A DNA stretch of 64,000 nucleotides from Octopus vulgaris. Its lineage: Eukaryota. The stretch lies in the NCBI GenBank assembly GCA_951406725.2, contig OX597815.1:128526001-128590000 (forward strand), given 5' to 3'. The position numbers were made by a program, and so were the translations under genes. Below, piece after piece: positions 38,368 to 51,287 of this stretch (within the stretch, counting starts at the first letter, position 1; each line of letters opens with the position of its first letter). The notes below the pieces were generated by a model, which saw only the letters and a list, made by a program, of their open reading frames with translations, had not been told where the DNA came from and did no database searches.

Positions 38368-38815
38368 GTTGTTGCTGCTTAGCTCCATCTCAATCCTGAT
38401 CAAGTAGATCTATGAGCAAAAGCATTCCATCCATAACCATCCCATCTTTGTAAGGAGTATCTAAGATTATTATTTACTGTTAAGTTTTATAAGATGGCGA
38501 AGGTGGTGTGATTTGAGAAAAATGTGGCTGTTATTTCTAGTAAATCAGATAACTATACTGAACAATAGTTCTCAAATTACTAGGCCAACTTCCTACAAAA
38601 TAGTTGTGAAAATGTTTTGTTTCCCACCTTTTATTAATGAGAAAACAAAATAGAGCTAGTGCCTGTATAATTCTTGCTTTACATGGTCATTCGACCTGCA
38701 AGAAATAATGGCCAAATTTCTTTAAATCACTCTGTAAGATCTTAGAAAGAAAGGAGATAATGTAATCCAATGTATTTCTCCTAAAAAGACAGGATTGTCA
38801 AGTTTTCTTTGTCAT
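38368..38815. mobile_element. Two SINE-like family C copies in opposite orientation (38368-38560 and 38680-38815)
   Basis: gtgatttgagaaaatgtggctgttatttctag versus gcaagaaataatggccaaatttctttaaatcac. Confidence 0.55.
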
Positions 38816-39077
38816 GGTGTTGGATAAATTTAAAACCAATGTATCAGACATAGCAATTTTTCTGCCCCTCTGTCAGACCTCACAGGTCCTCATCAGGAAA
38901 TAGAGGTGTTCTGTACCTTCTATAAGTAATACCAATGTAGAGGATGATTCCTCATTGACTTGTACTACAGTATTGAGCCATATAGTTCATTGGTGGTAGT
39001 TTTGATTGGGGCAGTAATGTAGCAGTATAATTAAACAGACAATTAACTTACGTATTAATTTTTGTGGTGCTCTGTAA

Positions 39078-39293
39078 TCCGTTTCATTACCATATTTCTT
39101 TCAATATACACTACTTTTATTTCACTTAGAAAATAATGAATTCCATAAAATAACATTGTTGTTATTCAGTTGATGTTTGGAATGTAAATTACCATGAAAT
39201 TTTTATGGAAGATTTTTAATTTTGATCATTTTAAAACAGAAAGCTTATATCATAAAACCAGTATCAGTCTCTTGTGGATTAGTATCAAAAGGG
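39078..39293 (+). mobile_element. piggyBac-type MITE family B
   Basis: Family interior; ends gtatcaaaaggg followed by TTAA at 39294-39297. Confidence 0.75.
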
Positions 39294-40649
39294 TTAAAGT
39301 CCTTAAATATCTTATTCTTTATTGCAAAATACTCCAATATAAGATTTACAACACTCATTACAACATTAAAACATTTAGGATTCATTGCACCTGGCTACAG
39401 GACATATGGTCTTATTATGGCAGTTGATTAAAAGAAATACAACCAATGTAAAAAAGGAAAATAACTATAAAAAATAAAAATCCTAAAAAACAACAAAAAT
39501 CATTTTCTTTGTTTTAGATTTTATAAATTTATACAATTTATGTATTTATAAATGTTCATAGTTTTACAGTTCATTATTTTTTTTTAATTACCTCTATTAA
39601 TTTTCTTTCATTTTCATCTAAATATTTTTTTCCATAATTATTTTTAGCTCTTTCTTCATGTAGTTTTATTGTAAAATTTTCTTTTGTTTTAGATTATAAA
39701 TAAAGTATAAACGTAGCCACAGTACTGAAAGCATTTTACTTGAATTGGTGAGTGATCATTAATTTTTTTTTTAAATTTTCACCCTTATCCTGTCTCTTCA
39801 TTTTAATCCTTCCCCATTTTTTAATGAGACCCTGAGGACTGATTTTATTGTTTGTTGTTTTTATGTATGTTTGTGATGATATAATCTCTTTATATATGTT
39901 TACATGTATGTGTGTATATGTTTGTGTGTGCATATGTCCCCATGTTAGATATTAGATATTTTTGCATACCTTGTGAGGGAATTTTGATATTGGGTTCTTG
40001 CTGTACTGTTCATAGACTAAATTCTTTGAGGCATATCAGTTGTTAGATTAAGGTGCCAAATTCTAGACTACATGGTAAGGAATTCAAACCTTACTTTGAA
40101 AACCATTGTTGTGCTGAGCAGGTCATATTATTATACATTCTTATCTCAATTTGGATGCAAGCATGGCTATGTGATTAAGAAGTCTTGATATAAAACTTTG
40201 GTTCTAGGTTCAATTCAGCTGTGCAATACAAGTCTCAGCTCACCTTCTAAGTGAAATTTGATAGGCAAATGTGTATGGATACCTGGAACAGCCTGGAAGA
40301 ATTTTTCCAGTTCTTGAGTTGTAGACATAATTTGTTGCATAGTCTAACACAACTATCTGGCTCTTAAATGTCTTTAACTGGCTCCACTCTGTTCTAAGCA
40401 TTTGAACAAGCTTTCCAGTTTGAGGAAAACTTAATTCCTCTCTCACTCCATACCATTCAGGAAACATTTGGAATGGCCACTGACTTTTCTCTTTTAAATT
40501 AGCAAGGCAAAAATGTTTTAACAAAGAAAATATATTCCTAATCATGGTTCAATTGCTAGCGGTAGTGCATAAATTTAGCTGCCAAAACAACAATCAAACC
40601 AAAAACACAAAAAGTCAAAATGAAAACCTTTCTGCTCTTGTGTTTTAAC

Positions 40650-40860
40650 CCTTTAGTATTCAATCCAGCCATATCTGACCCAAATATTCTACCTATTTTA
40701 TGTTCAGACTGTCAGATTCCGCCTTTAACACCTACTTTGCAATGTCATTCTAAAAAATAAACAATCACATTGAAATCTTGGAGCTATGAAATAATGCATG
40801 ATTATTTGGAAATAATGTGAATAAATAAGCATTACATTTAATAGAGTAATCTGAATGTTA
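40650..40860 (+). mobile_element. piggyBac-type MITE family A
   Basis: TTAA followed by ccctttagtattc; interior matches 11384-11600; right TIR truncated at aatgtta. Confidence 0.75.
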
Positions 40861-41519
40861 TTATAGCTATCACTTGTTCTCAAGGATGACTTGTTATCAG
40901 TATGCACTATGCTTTTGTTAATGATTTTAGAAGCCCAATTAGCCAAAAGCAGACTTCAGTACCCTTTCAGTTCTCCCACTACTGACCCAGCAGAACATCC
41001 AGGATGTGAAGGCTGCATCAACCAGCACTGGAATACTACTCTATTCATCAATACTGAAACGATGAAAAGCAAAGTAGACTTTCATGGGATTCGAACTGGG
41101 AGCAAGGAAAACAGGAACAAATATTGCAACATGTTTTATCACTGCCTCTTATTACTCTGCCAATTGATCAAACTAAAAAGAAAAAAAGGATCATAAAATA
41201 ATAAAGAAAAAAAAAACAACAAAATAAGTTGGGTGTTCCAATATGGCCATAGCTTTAGGGCTGAAACATGTAAAAGAAAAGAATATATTGTGATGACAGG
41301 AAGAGTGGCTATTTTTAAGAAATAATTGTAGCTTAAATTTTTTTCAATACACTGTTTCCATATAGCATTACTCATAACTCTTTTCAGAAGCAAGATGGTC
41401 GAGTGGATATAGTATTTGGATACAAACTTATATGACTTGAGTTCAAATTATACCAGAGGAATTTTGCATATTTATTCACTCCGGTCATGAAAATTTATAT
41501 GTTTATGGTATATGTTTAA

Positions 41520-41775
41520 TGAGACAACACAACATTTATGATATGTCAGTTTTGGTAGCTGTCATAAAGACTATTTGTTCAGTGGGATAACACCCAACAC
41601 TGAGTCGTCAATTTTGGTGGCATTTATATTGACAGTGCTATATAAGTCAGTCAAACAATGCATGATATTGACAGATTAATTTTGATAGCAGTTGCAATGA
41701 CAATGTCACTCAGACAACATATGACATTGATTTGTCACTTTTAGTGGCAGTTGTAATGACTGTTACATTTCAGTC
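41520..41775. repeat. Degenerate ~60-68 bp minisatellite, 4 units
   Basis: The motif gtca(g/a/c)ttttrrtrgc...atgac recurs at 41545, 41607, 41675 and 41734. Confidence 0.65.
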
Positions 41776-41947
41776 TGATACTTTTAGAAGAAAAATTCAT
41801 CAAATGCAGTTTTCTTAATTTAATTACTTTATAATTTAGTTTTAGAGTATATACATACATATATATCTATGCAATTTGTATATTGAGGGTTAAACTGATT
41901 TTTTAATCACTTGAAATGTAATTATCTTTGACATACTTTTGTCTACC

Positions 41948-42506
41948 TTAAATCATCCAAAGAACATGGGGTTTGGAGATCAGAGGTGGTTGTTTGTGAG
42001 GCTGGAAAATATTTTCAAAGCTTAAAAATAGTGTTAACTCAGTTGACAGGAAATTTCTAGTAGTTGCTGCTTGTGCCCCCTCCATCGCCCCCAACTGTCT
42101 GGTTTTAACTAGGCTATCAAATAATTCCTTGGAAAACACAAATGTAGTACCTGTAATGAGATGAGAGTTTATGATTCATGAACTGAATTACTGAACACTG
42201 ATAGAGTAGCCACTTACAGTCACTGTGCTTCTTTGTACTTTTATAGTAATTCAGTTTCAACTCGTCAAAGACCACATTTTAATTTTCAGATTCTACTGTT
42301 GTATGATTATTTCATGTTGATATCAAATCTTTTTATCATTTATTAAATCATATAAAGAACATGGGGTTTGGAGATCAGAGGTGGTTGTTTGTGAGGCTGG
42401 AAAATATTTTAAAAGCTTAAAAATAGTGTTAGCTCAGTTGACAGGAAATTTCTAGTAGTTGTTGTATGTGCCCCCACCCCACCCCAACTGTCTAGTTTTA
42501 ACTAGG
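41948..42506. repeat. Direct repeat pair, ~165 bp (41948-42113 and 42343-42506)
   Basis: aaagaacatggggtttggagatcagaggtggttgtttgtgaggctggaaaatatttt...ttttaactagg is nearly identical in both; the ~230-bp spacer is unique. Confidence 0.9.
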
Positions 42507-44265
42507 TAGAGTGGGAGTCACATATTACAATCACAATTAAGGCATTTAATTGCTCATAACAAATTAATGGAAATATTAATCAAACATTTCATGGTTTCTG
42601 AAAAAAAGAGAAAGTTATGCTAAAGATATTTAAAGTAAGTATGGAATAACAAGAAGTTGAAGAGAAAGAAATGTATAAATATACGAGTTCAGTCAATAAA
42701 TATTACATTGCTTTTCAGTACAGTACATTATGTTTCTTTATATCAGTTATTGTAGGTAGATCTTAGTTTAAAATGTGTCAGAAGATAAAGCAGTTTGTTT
42801 ACTGGCAATATTGAACCTACTTCCTGTAATGTAATATAACCAGGTCAGCTAAGATCAGCCTATAACTATAAGATTACAGTGAGAATTTTGTAGATAGAGA
42901 TTAATTGGTGTTAGAGTGTTACTGGTTACAATTGATATTAAAGTACAATTTTAGTTGTTGTTTTTTTTGTTTGTTTTCTTATTAAGTAATCAAAAGAGGA
43001 ACCAGACCGTGCTCATAGACTTTGTTAGTTTTCTTAGAATGGAATGTATTGATAATTATTTGAGCTCAGGTTAGAATTTTTACAAGTTTCCAAATTGGTA
43101 GGGAAAATGGGTGATAAATAGTTTGTAGATGATAAAACGACTGAGAAAATATCTTCTATGTCTTCTTGTGAGGGGTGATGTGAGAGAGCTGATATGTGGG
43201 GAGAGGGAGAGAAATGGTGCTTGGATCATAGAATGAACCAGAAAATTCTCAAGGATAGTTTCAGATCACTGATACTAATACATTGGGAAATCTGCCTATC
43301 AAAATTAAGTTTCTTTTTCGCCCTTCTTTGTGTTTAACAAGATCACTCACATGTACACACACATATGTGTGCATGTATAATACTTACATTTTCATGGGGA
43401 AAAATATACTAAACATATATAAAAGTGTTCATGGGTTTATATACAGAAGTGAATTTCTAACATTTTAACCACAGGTTCATTTAGCTACTATAATTTTAGG
43501 AACTTGTCTACTGAAATTTTAAGCAGGCGTTTTGTGTAAGAAATTCTGAATTCAACAGTATTCTGAATATAAATATTAAAATTGGACTGTTGTGGAATCC
43601 AAGGAAACTGCTCTGTATTGGTAAAAATTAAAGAGAAGATTGTTAATTTTCTTTTGATATAAGGATTAAGAAATATAATGTATTATTACTTTAGCTCTTT
43701 ATCTGAGTGTGAGGAAACAAGGGCTAAAACTGAAAGTGAGAGTTTGATTTGGTAGGAAGAGGGACTATTACATAAGATGTGTGAGAGGATGAAGAGGCAA
43801 GGAAACAAGATGATAAAGGGAAAGGAGACAGAGTTGGCCAAGAAGATAGATGCATTCCTCACTCAATCATGAAAGGAGATACTATTAAGGTGACATTAAA
43901 ATATTGTGGATAAGAGGGAGAACAGGCAGGTGGATGGGTATAATACATCAAACAACCACAAATAGTTACTGTTATGATAAAAAGTTAAAAAATTGTTAGG
44001 GGAAGTGAGAAAATTTGGGTGATGGTATTTGTGCCTAGTCCCAGTGTTAGAATGTTGGTTTGAAACAGGTGAACATAAATTACACTGATACATGCATACA
44101 TATATATATACACATGCATATACAACATTCTATATACACAGAAATACATGTAAACATTCTTTACTCTCATTAGAACAAATAAATTTTACCAATCTTGTGA
44201 ACTTAACATTAAATTAGAACATGTCATGTAGCACAGAAATTAATTTTCACTTCACTTCAAAACAT

Positions 44266-44450
44266 TAGCCCTTTAGCATTTAAACTGGCCATATTAGGTC
44301 CAAATATTCTACTTGTTTATGTTAAAAATGGCCAGATCTGGTCCCTCACATCTACTGTGCAATATCATTCTAAAATAAATAATCACATCATTGAAATCTT
44401 GAAACTATGAGATAAAGCATGACTAATTCAAAACAATCTGAGTAAATAGT
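44266..44450 (+). mobile_element. piggyBac-type MITE family A (partial)
   Basis: ccctttagcatttaaactggccatat...aatattctac...gtcattctaaaata. Confidence 0.7.
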
Positions 44451-44806
44451 CATGTGACTCTGGTGTGATTTTGAAGTCATAACTTTTTAGAGTACACCTC
44501 TCTTCAGCATCCAACACAAGAGTTAACAGCTGCTTTGTGAGAATCCGAGATCCCATTCACTGCCATTGATATGCCATTCATGGGTTTTTAATGTATTCTG
44601 AGGCATTGTGTTACAACACAGTTTATTCTACTTGTCATGGTTCAGTGATAACTATAGAAACTTATGCCTTTCTAGGGGAAATTACCCGATAAATACTAAG
44701 GTATCTTTACAAAGATTTGTATTTTCTCTTAATAATGTTTTGGTTAATATCCCTGTCATTGTAACATCTGATCTCTCATTTATTGGTCCTAGTTTTATCT
44801 CCCTCC

Positions 44807-44853
<47 letters not shown>

Positions 44854-45079
44854 TTACTTCACTGAGTTTATTCAAGGTGGTTATTATGCTTGGCTTGAGA
44901 CTACTCTTGATATTTTGACACTCGATGAGTTATGTAGATTACAGTGTAACTATCACAGCAAAGCATTTCAAATAAAAGCTCAGATATTGTTACTTTTATT
45001 TTTTTACTCAAAATATTTGTAAAAAAGCCATGTTGATAATAATCATTGAAAAAAACTAACCATTCCCAGTATGGGTTAA

Positions 45080-45770
45080 ATTCCACTGCAGTGGCACCTA
45101 AGTAAGTGTCTTCTACTATAGCCTTCGATGGACCACAAATTTTGAGAGTGAATTTCTTTTGACAGAAACTGAAAGAAATCTATTGTGTATATGTATATGA
45201 TTCTTTCTCTCTCCCTATGTATGTCGGTGTCTTTGTTGTGCTTGAAAAGACATGTCAAGCTAAGTAAAATCATGGCTGTTCTTGCATACAGGCATATCCC
45301 CTACATCCCTCTTCAGCCAAGTGATCCTAATAATGCAGGCTTGTGGGTGATGGTGTCACATAAAAATCACCCATGCCAGTGCCATGTAAAAGTATCCAGT
45401 ACACTCTGTAAAGTGGTTGGCACTAGGAAGGGCATCCAACTGTAGAAACCATGTGAAAATAGACAAATGGAGCCTGGGCAACTCTTCAGCTTGTTAGCTC
45501 CTGTCAAACTGTCCAACTCATGTCAGCATGGAAAATGACTGATGATGATGTGTATTACTGTCTCCTTACCTAGACTTTATATAATAGTTTTTAGCAGCTG
45601 TTACCATCTTGCTAGCAATGTCCATTTCTGGCCACGGAAAAATATTACCTTGCTTGGAAACAAGTGATGGTTGGTAACAAGAAGGGCTGTAGAAATCATC
45701 TTCAACAAATTCTGTTTAATCCATACATGTAAGGAAAAGCGGATGTTATTTGATGATGATGATGATGATG
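45080..45770 (+). mobile_element. Cluster: SINE family B body plus two RTE-type 3' tails
   Basis: 45080-45200 is the SINE B body; 45240-45550 and 45600-45770 end in (GAT)n after RTE-UTR-like sequence. Confidence 0.6.
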
Positions 45771-46189
45771 ACTGCAGGATTAAAGGATCAGGTGTCACAT
45801 GTCTACGTAACTGACATGGTAACAAACTTATAACAATGTAAACTTGTTTTTTGTCCCATATTTATTACATTTTGCCATTGAGCGAAGTACATCATTTCTA
45901 TCTACATCATACTTATGTAACAGGACTGGTCAGCATACTGTAAGGGCACCTAGCAGCAAAGTATTTTCATTATTCTTTGAAACAAATGTCTAGTTTTGCA
46001 GACTTCTACAATAGAAAACCAAATATTACAAAAGAGTTATGGAAGAAATTTAGTTATATTTATTTGTTTGTTTATTTTTTGTGTTCTAGTCTTTAAAAGA
46101 ATTTTTTTTGTCTATGATTATAGAATTATTTCATTGGCAGATTATTTTTGAGCTTTTGACACCAGCTGATTGCCTTTGGATGTAGAGGT

Positions 46190-46325
46190 CTGGACATTGA
46201 TAAATTATTTTTGGATATTGGTAAATTATCTTTAGGAATGGACACTTAGTAAGGTTATCTTTGGATATTGATATTGGCTCCAGACGTTGGTTGATCTATC
46301 TTTGGAACTGGACTATTGATTTACT
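46190..46325. repeat. Degenerate ~20-bp minisatellite
   Basis: Repeated tggayattgrtaaattatcttt-like units. Confidence 0.55.
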
Positions 46326-46699
46326 TTTTATAGGAATGTTTATTTTTCATTGCTTCATCTGTTGCTATAAAATAATCAAATCTACTAACCAAGAAGAAGA
46401 TAGTCTGGTTTCACTGTAGCAAACATTCAATAGTCAGCTGGAGAATGTTCAATTTTAATCTTTTCTCTCTTATAAGTTGATGTGCAATTGAATTTAAATT
46501 TCAGATGTGATAAATCCAATTACCTCCTATTATTTGGACTTAAGCTTCCTCTTCCCTATATAATATATAATTCTCTTAAACCTTGCTCATCAAAATAATT
46601 TCTTCATCCATCTTTATGAATCCTTAACAAGCTTTTCAAATATATGACAATATATGTCCAGTTAGCATCATGTAGGATTTAGTCTGTCTGTTTCACTAC

Positions 46700-46932
46700 A
46701 AATCTTTTTGTTACCATATTTCTAATAATATACATTACATTTTTTTTTTTTATAAATATTCAAGAATTTGAGAGGGTTTTGTAAAATAAGTGAAGCTACC
46801 TGTACTCTTTTTTGTAATTGGAACATAGCCTAATGGAAAAGGCCTTATATAAAATTATTTGAAAGTTTTAATTTAAATATGTACTTTTATTAAAAATATG
46901 TTTTGTATTGGAAACAGGCAGTCTCAAGTGGG
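46700..46932 (+). mobile_element. piggyBac-type MITE family B (old)
   Basis: ttttgttaccatatttc...ggaacata...aaagttttaattta...ggcagtctcaagtggg followed by TTAA. Confidence 0.5.
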
Positions 46933-48735
46933 TTAAAAGAATAATCCACTGAAATATAACTACAATTCTTTTAGATAAATACTTTTGTCTATTCATTTTT
47001 TAATGTCAAATTATTTTCATGCTAGCATGGGTGTAGACAGAATTATTTAAGGCGGGATATTATGGCTGGACGCTTTTCCTGTTGCCAACCTTTACTGTTT
47101 TTTTTTTTTTTCCAGTAAAGGATTTCTTTATTCCGTAGATCTTTCAAAGTTCTGAGTGACTGGTGATAATGTCAGCCTCAACACTACATTGCTCAGTTTG
47201 TGATAAGCGTGGAATATACAAGTACATTTACACACCACACACACATGTATAGGCTTCATGCAATTTCCATGTACCAAATTTCCTCTTATAGTATTGGTTA
47301 ACCTGGGTTTACTGGGTAGAAAACACTGACTTAATGTGTCACACAGTAGGATTGAATCTAAAACCTTGTGATTGCAAAGTGAAAGATAATTTTTCAGATA
47401 ATTTACCTAAATTGCTTTTCTGGCTCACGTCTGACTTCATCATTCTTTTATTACTGAAGACTGGGTCTTATGATTTGGTTGTACCATGTTTTTGATAATA
47501 ATAACATCTGTTAATTTCCCTCATGTCTTTCATTTAACTGGCTGAACTGGGGGTAGGGGGTAAAAGAGCATTGTTATTTTTTTTCTTAATGCCAGAATAT
47601 CTAAAAGGTTGAAAGTTAACAGTGTCAGTTGTCTTAACTAATCATGGCTACAGCATAGATTTGATGTTTCAAAAATGGAAAGCAAATATTTATTTAACTC
47701 TACTTGTTTGAGATGAAATTATGATGGAAAATGAAATATGAAATATAAACTTTCAGTGAACATTTCCTGCTCTTCCATATCAGTAACCCTTTTCTTTTAT
47801 TTACCTTCACTTCTAAGATGTTACAATGATGGATGAAAAGTTTATTCAAACTAGATTATATCCATTTTCACAATTATTTCTGAGTTTCTGGATGCTGTAA
47901 AACTATTATCAGGTGACTGGTTAGTTAGTTAAATCCTGTTTTGGTTAAGCAGGATTAATAAAATTCTTATATTGACAGGCTTGAAAGTTTTAGCATTTAA
48001 GATGATTAATTTTTGATGACTTGTTCTAATGAAATATTTAAAAATGAAAATTTTAACCAACACTGATAGGAATTGAACTGCAAATGCATTCAGTTACTTG
48101 TCTATCTTCTATTTCATACTACCAAAAAAATCCCTCATCTACTAACTAGAATATAATGCAAGATGTACTTAGTGGGTACATCTTCCAGTGTTGGTTGATT
48201 AAAAGGGGTTTATATATTGTATAATTGTAATTTCATTTTTATTTATTTACTATCTAATGTTTTCTAGATCCTTATTTTTGTGTTTAATTCAGGTTTAAAT
48301 TTCAGTATCAGTGTGAATACTGTGTTGAGTCAGTAAGTTTAGTCTATTATCTTTTTTGCATTATCTTATTGTCTTCCAGTATTTTCCTAACTAGTTATAT
48401 TCAGTGGTATTCTTCTGAACGAGTGCCAACTATTTCCTGCTGCAAGCGCATTGTCAGATACTCAAACAAAGCTGTTTATGTCTGTTCAGTTTCGATGTAG
48501 TTGTCAAGGATTTCAAACTTCTGTGAAGACAGAAAATCATTGACAATCGATCTTCTTTTGTATGCTCTGCTTGTGGGATTGTTATTCATAATAAAGTTGT
48601 TTACTTGTTTTCATAACACATTACTAAGAATAGTTTATTATTGAGATTTATGCAGTTTATGGTTTTTGTTTGTTGAACCTTCTGTAACGTTTGTTTATTT
48701 TAATGGTGAAAATATTTTGTAGATTTACTTCATTT

Positions 48736-48778
<43 letters not shown>

Positions 48779-49039
48779 TTTGTTGTATCTATTGTTACCA
48801 CTCTGACTATCTATTTTTAAAACAGTCTATATGTTTGTCAGTTTATCTGATTAATAATTTCATTTAATAATATTGTAAGTAGACTGTCATGTTATGTCCT
48901 TTTAGCACTCTGTATGTACTTCTCTGTGCTTTTGTACAATCTACATATGTGTGTGTCGTGTAAAGTTCATCAGTTTTGTGTTGATGGTCCTGTTAAATCT
49001 TTCTCACATTAACATTCTTTTATTGGATTGGTCTAGAGG

Positions 49040-49320
49040 AAGGTGATGGGTTTAAAGGCTCTCTTTGACTAACAAGATCGTAATTATTCTACTTCTTCAA
49101 TACTGGTATGAAAAACATAGTCTGGAAAGAAGTTCCAATGGTTTAACATTCTAGGGAGGAAGGATTAGGTGGGGATCACAATATGGATCATGAGAAGAGG
49201 AGAGTCAAGAAACTTAAGAGCGTCTAAGTGATGGTACCTGACTATCCAGTCTCGAAGAGCAAATGTCACAACTGTAGTTAGTAGTGGTAACAATGGCAAA
49301 AAGAATAGCCAGCTTCTTTA
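49040..49320 (-). mobile_element. Old CR1/Jockey-type LINE ORF2 3' fragment
   Basis: Minus strand gives SFLPRMLNHWNFFPDYVF, matching the SFFPR...WNSLP..VF C-terminal motif. Confidence 0.5.
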
Positions 49321-49654
49321 AGGAGTGTGTTGAAGACCCCCTTTAGGGCAATCAACTTGATATCTTTTTTTTTGTTTTGCTTTTTATTTTTGAAGTGGTC
49401 CAGGATATTATCTTCGTTGTGTTAACATCCATTTTTCCATGTTTGCATGGATCAGATGGAATTTGTCAAGACAGATTTTCTATGGATGGATGCCCTTCCT
49501 GTTACAACAATAATCTGTTTTCAAGTTGTGTAATATTTTCCCATGGAAGACTGGGAATGTATACCATGTATGATGGTGATGCTCATTTACAATAATCACT
49601 TGATGTCCAGATAAGAGCACACATACACACATGTGCGTGTGTGTGTCTGTGAGG

Positions 49655-49815
49655 TGCACTTCTTTCAGTTTCCATCTACTAAATTCACTGAATTTAGTAG
49701 ATGGCCTGGGGCTATGGTAGAAGACACTTGCCCAAAGTGCTGCACAGTGGGACTGAAATCAAGACCACATGGTTGGGAAGAAAGCTTTTTAACCTCAACC
49801 ACCACACTTGCACCT
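49655..49815 (-). mobile_element. SINE family B head and body
   Basis: tctttcagtttccatctac...gtagaagacacttgcccaaagtgctgcacagtgggactgaa...accacatggttgggaag is the reverse of 19316-19470. Confidence 0.7.
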
Positions 49816-50879
49816 ATATCCTTCATCTGTATGTGTAACAGCAGCACTACTTCATATGTAGAAGGAAAATCTCCATTGCACACCTTTGTTTAGGTTTGTT
49901 GGTTGTTGGGGCTCTCAAGTATTTTCTGACTGCTTTATCTGACTTTGAGGATATTCTCATGAGACTATAAGGAAAAGTTGTTTTTAAGAACCCTTTACTT
50001 CTTAATGTATACTCAGTATGTTAATCTTTTGAACTGAATATACTCTATGGAAGTAAAAAGAAAAGACTATAGTATATTCCTGAAGACTTTGGTGGAGTTT
50101 TTTTGGATTAGGAAGTAAAATATGTGATGCTGTTAATAAATATTATTGTGTTCTCATCTAAGATCAACCTTTACTTTAGTTTGGTCTGAGTGGTATTACA
50201 TAATTAATTATGTATTAAGTTGTATTGCAACATAAAAATATGTTACGTTGTGATTTATAAATATGTGGGTGAGTGTGTGTGATATGTAAAAATATGTTAA
50301 CTTTGCCTTACTTTACAGGAAAATAGGTTTCCCAATTTACACAACACTTATTGTTTCTGATAAGTACATCCAGCTTTAAAATACTTATTTCAACAAATTA
50401 TCCAAATGAGCAAACATACATGTCCTTTGTCATAAATAGCTTATGACTCCTTAGCTCCTTGCAACTTCTCAGTAATTTTGTCTATATCTAGAAGGTCTTG
50501 GATCTATAGAAAAACATGTATGACATGAGTGGGGTAGTTATGACTCTCATGCTGTTGAGTGGATCTAATATTAAAGGTCGCATGAGGCCTAATGGACTAT
50601 ATTTTTGTTAAATCTAAAATATGAATAAAAGGTTTGACAATTTATTTTGATAGCTTATAATTCAGAATTTTAATTCTAATGATATCTGTACAGATTTTAT
50701 CCCTCTGAATTCAATAGAATAAGAAATACGGGTAGAAACTAATGTTCAAATAGGTTTAATCTTCTTTTGTGTGACCAAAACAAACAGATGGAAAATGATT
50801 TATTGAAATGTGTACTTTGAAGATGTATTTTACCCAGCTCTACTATGAGTGATGATATATAACAAATAAAACAGTTGCA

Positions 50880-51287
50880 TACAAAAGTGCTGATCACTTA
50901 AAGTGGATGGAACTTGTGGAAGAAGGTGACCCAGGAAGACATAGGACAAAGTATTGAAGGCCACTCTCAAAACACTGAACCTTATGAAGGAGATGACAAA
51001 GAACTGAGATATCTAGCACTTTGCTGTACTCAAGAAAACCCATCTGCTACTGCAGAATTGATATCGGTAATGGTGTCACATTAGCATCCATGCCATGTTA
51101 AAAGCACTGGTGCAACATACAAAACATACTGTGGAGTGGTTGGCATTAGGAAGAGTATCAAGCCATAGAAATCATGCCAGAACAGTCAATGGAGCTTGGT
51201 GCAGCCTTTGGCCTTACCAGCTCCAGTAAAACTGCCAGCCATTGCCAACTTTGAAAACAAATATTAAATGAGGATGATCATCATCAT
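50880..51287 (+). mobile_element. RTE LINE 3' end (decayed)
   Basis: ggaacttgtggaagaaggtgacccaggaagacataggac...gtggttggcattaggaag...cttggtgcagcc. Confidence 0.75.

Noticed and set aside
41520-41775. CRISPR array
   Set aside because: The repeats are highly degenerate, the linkers resemble each other, there are no cas genes, and the context is eukaryotic.
41948-42506. TRIM or solo-LTR pair
   Set aside because: No TG..CA termini, primer-binding site, polypurine tract or TSD is visible.
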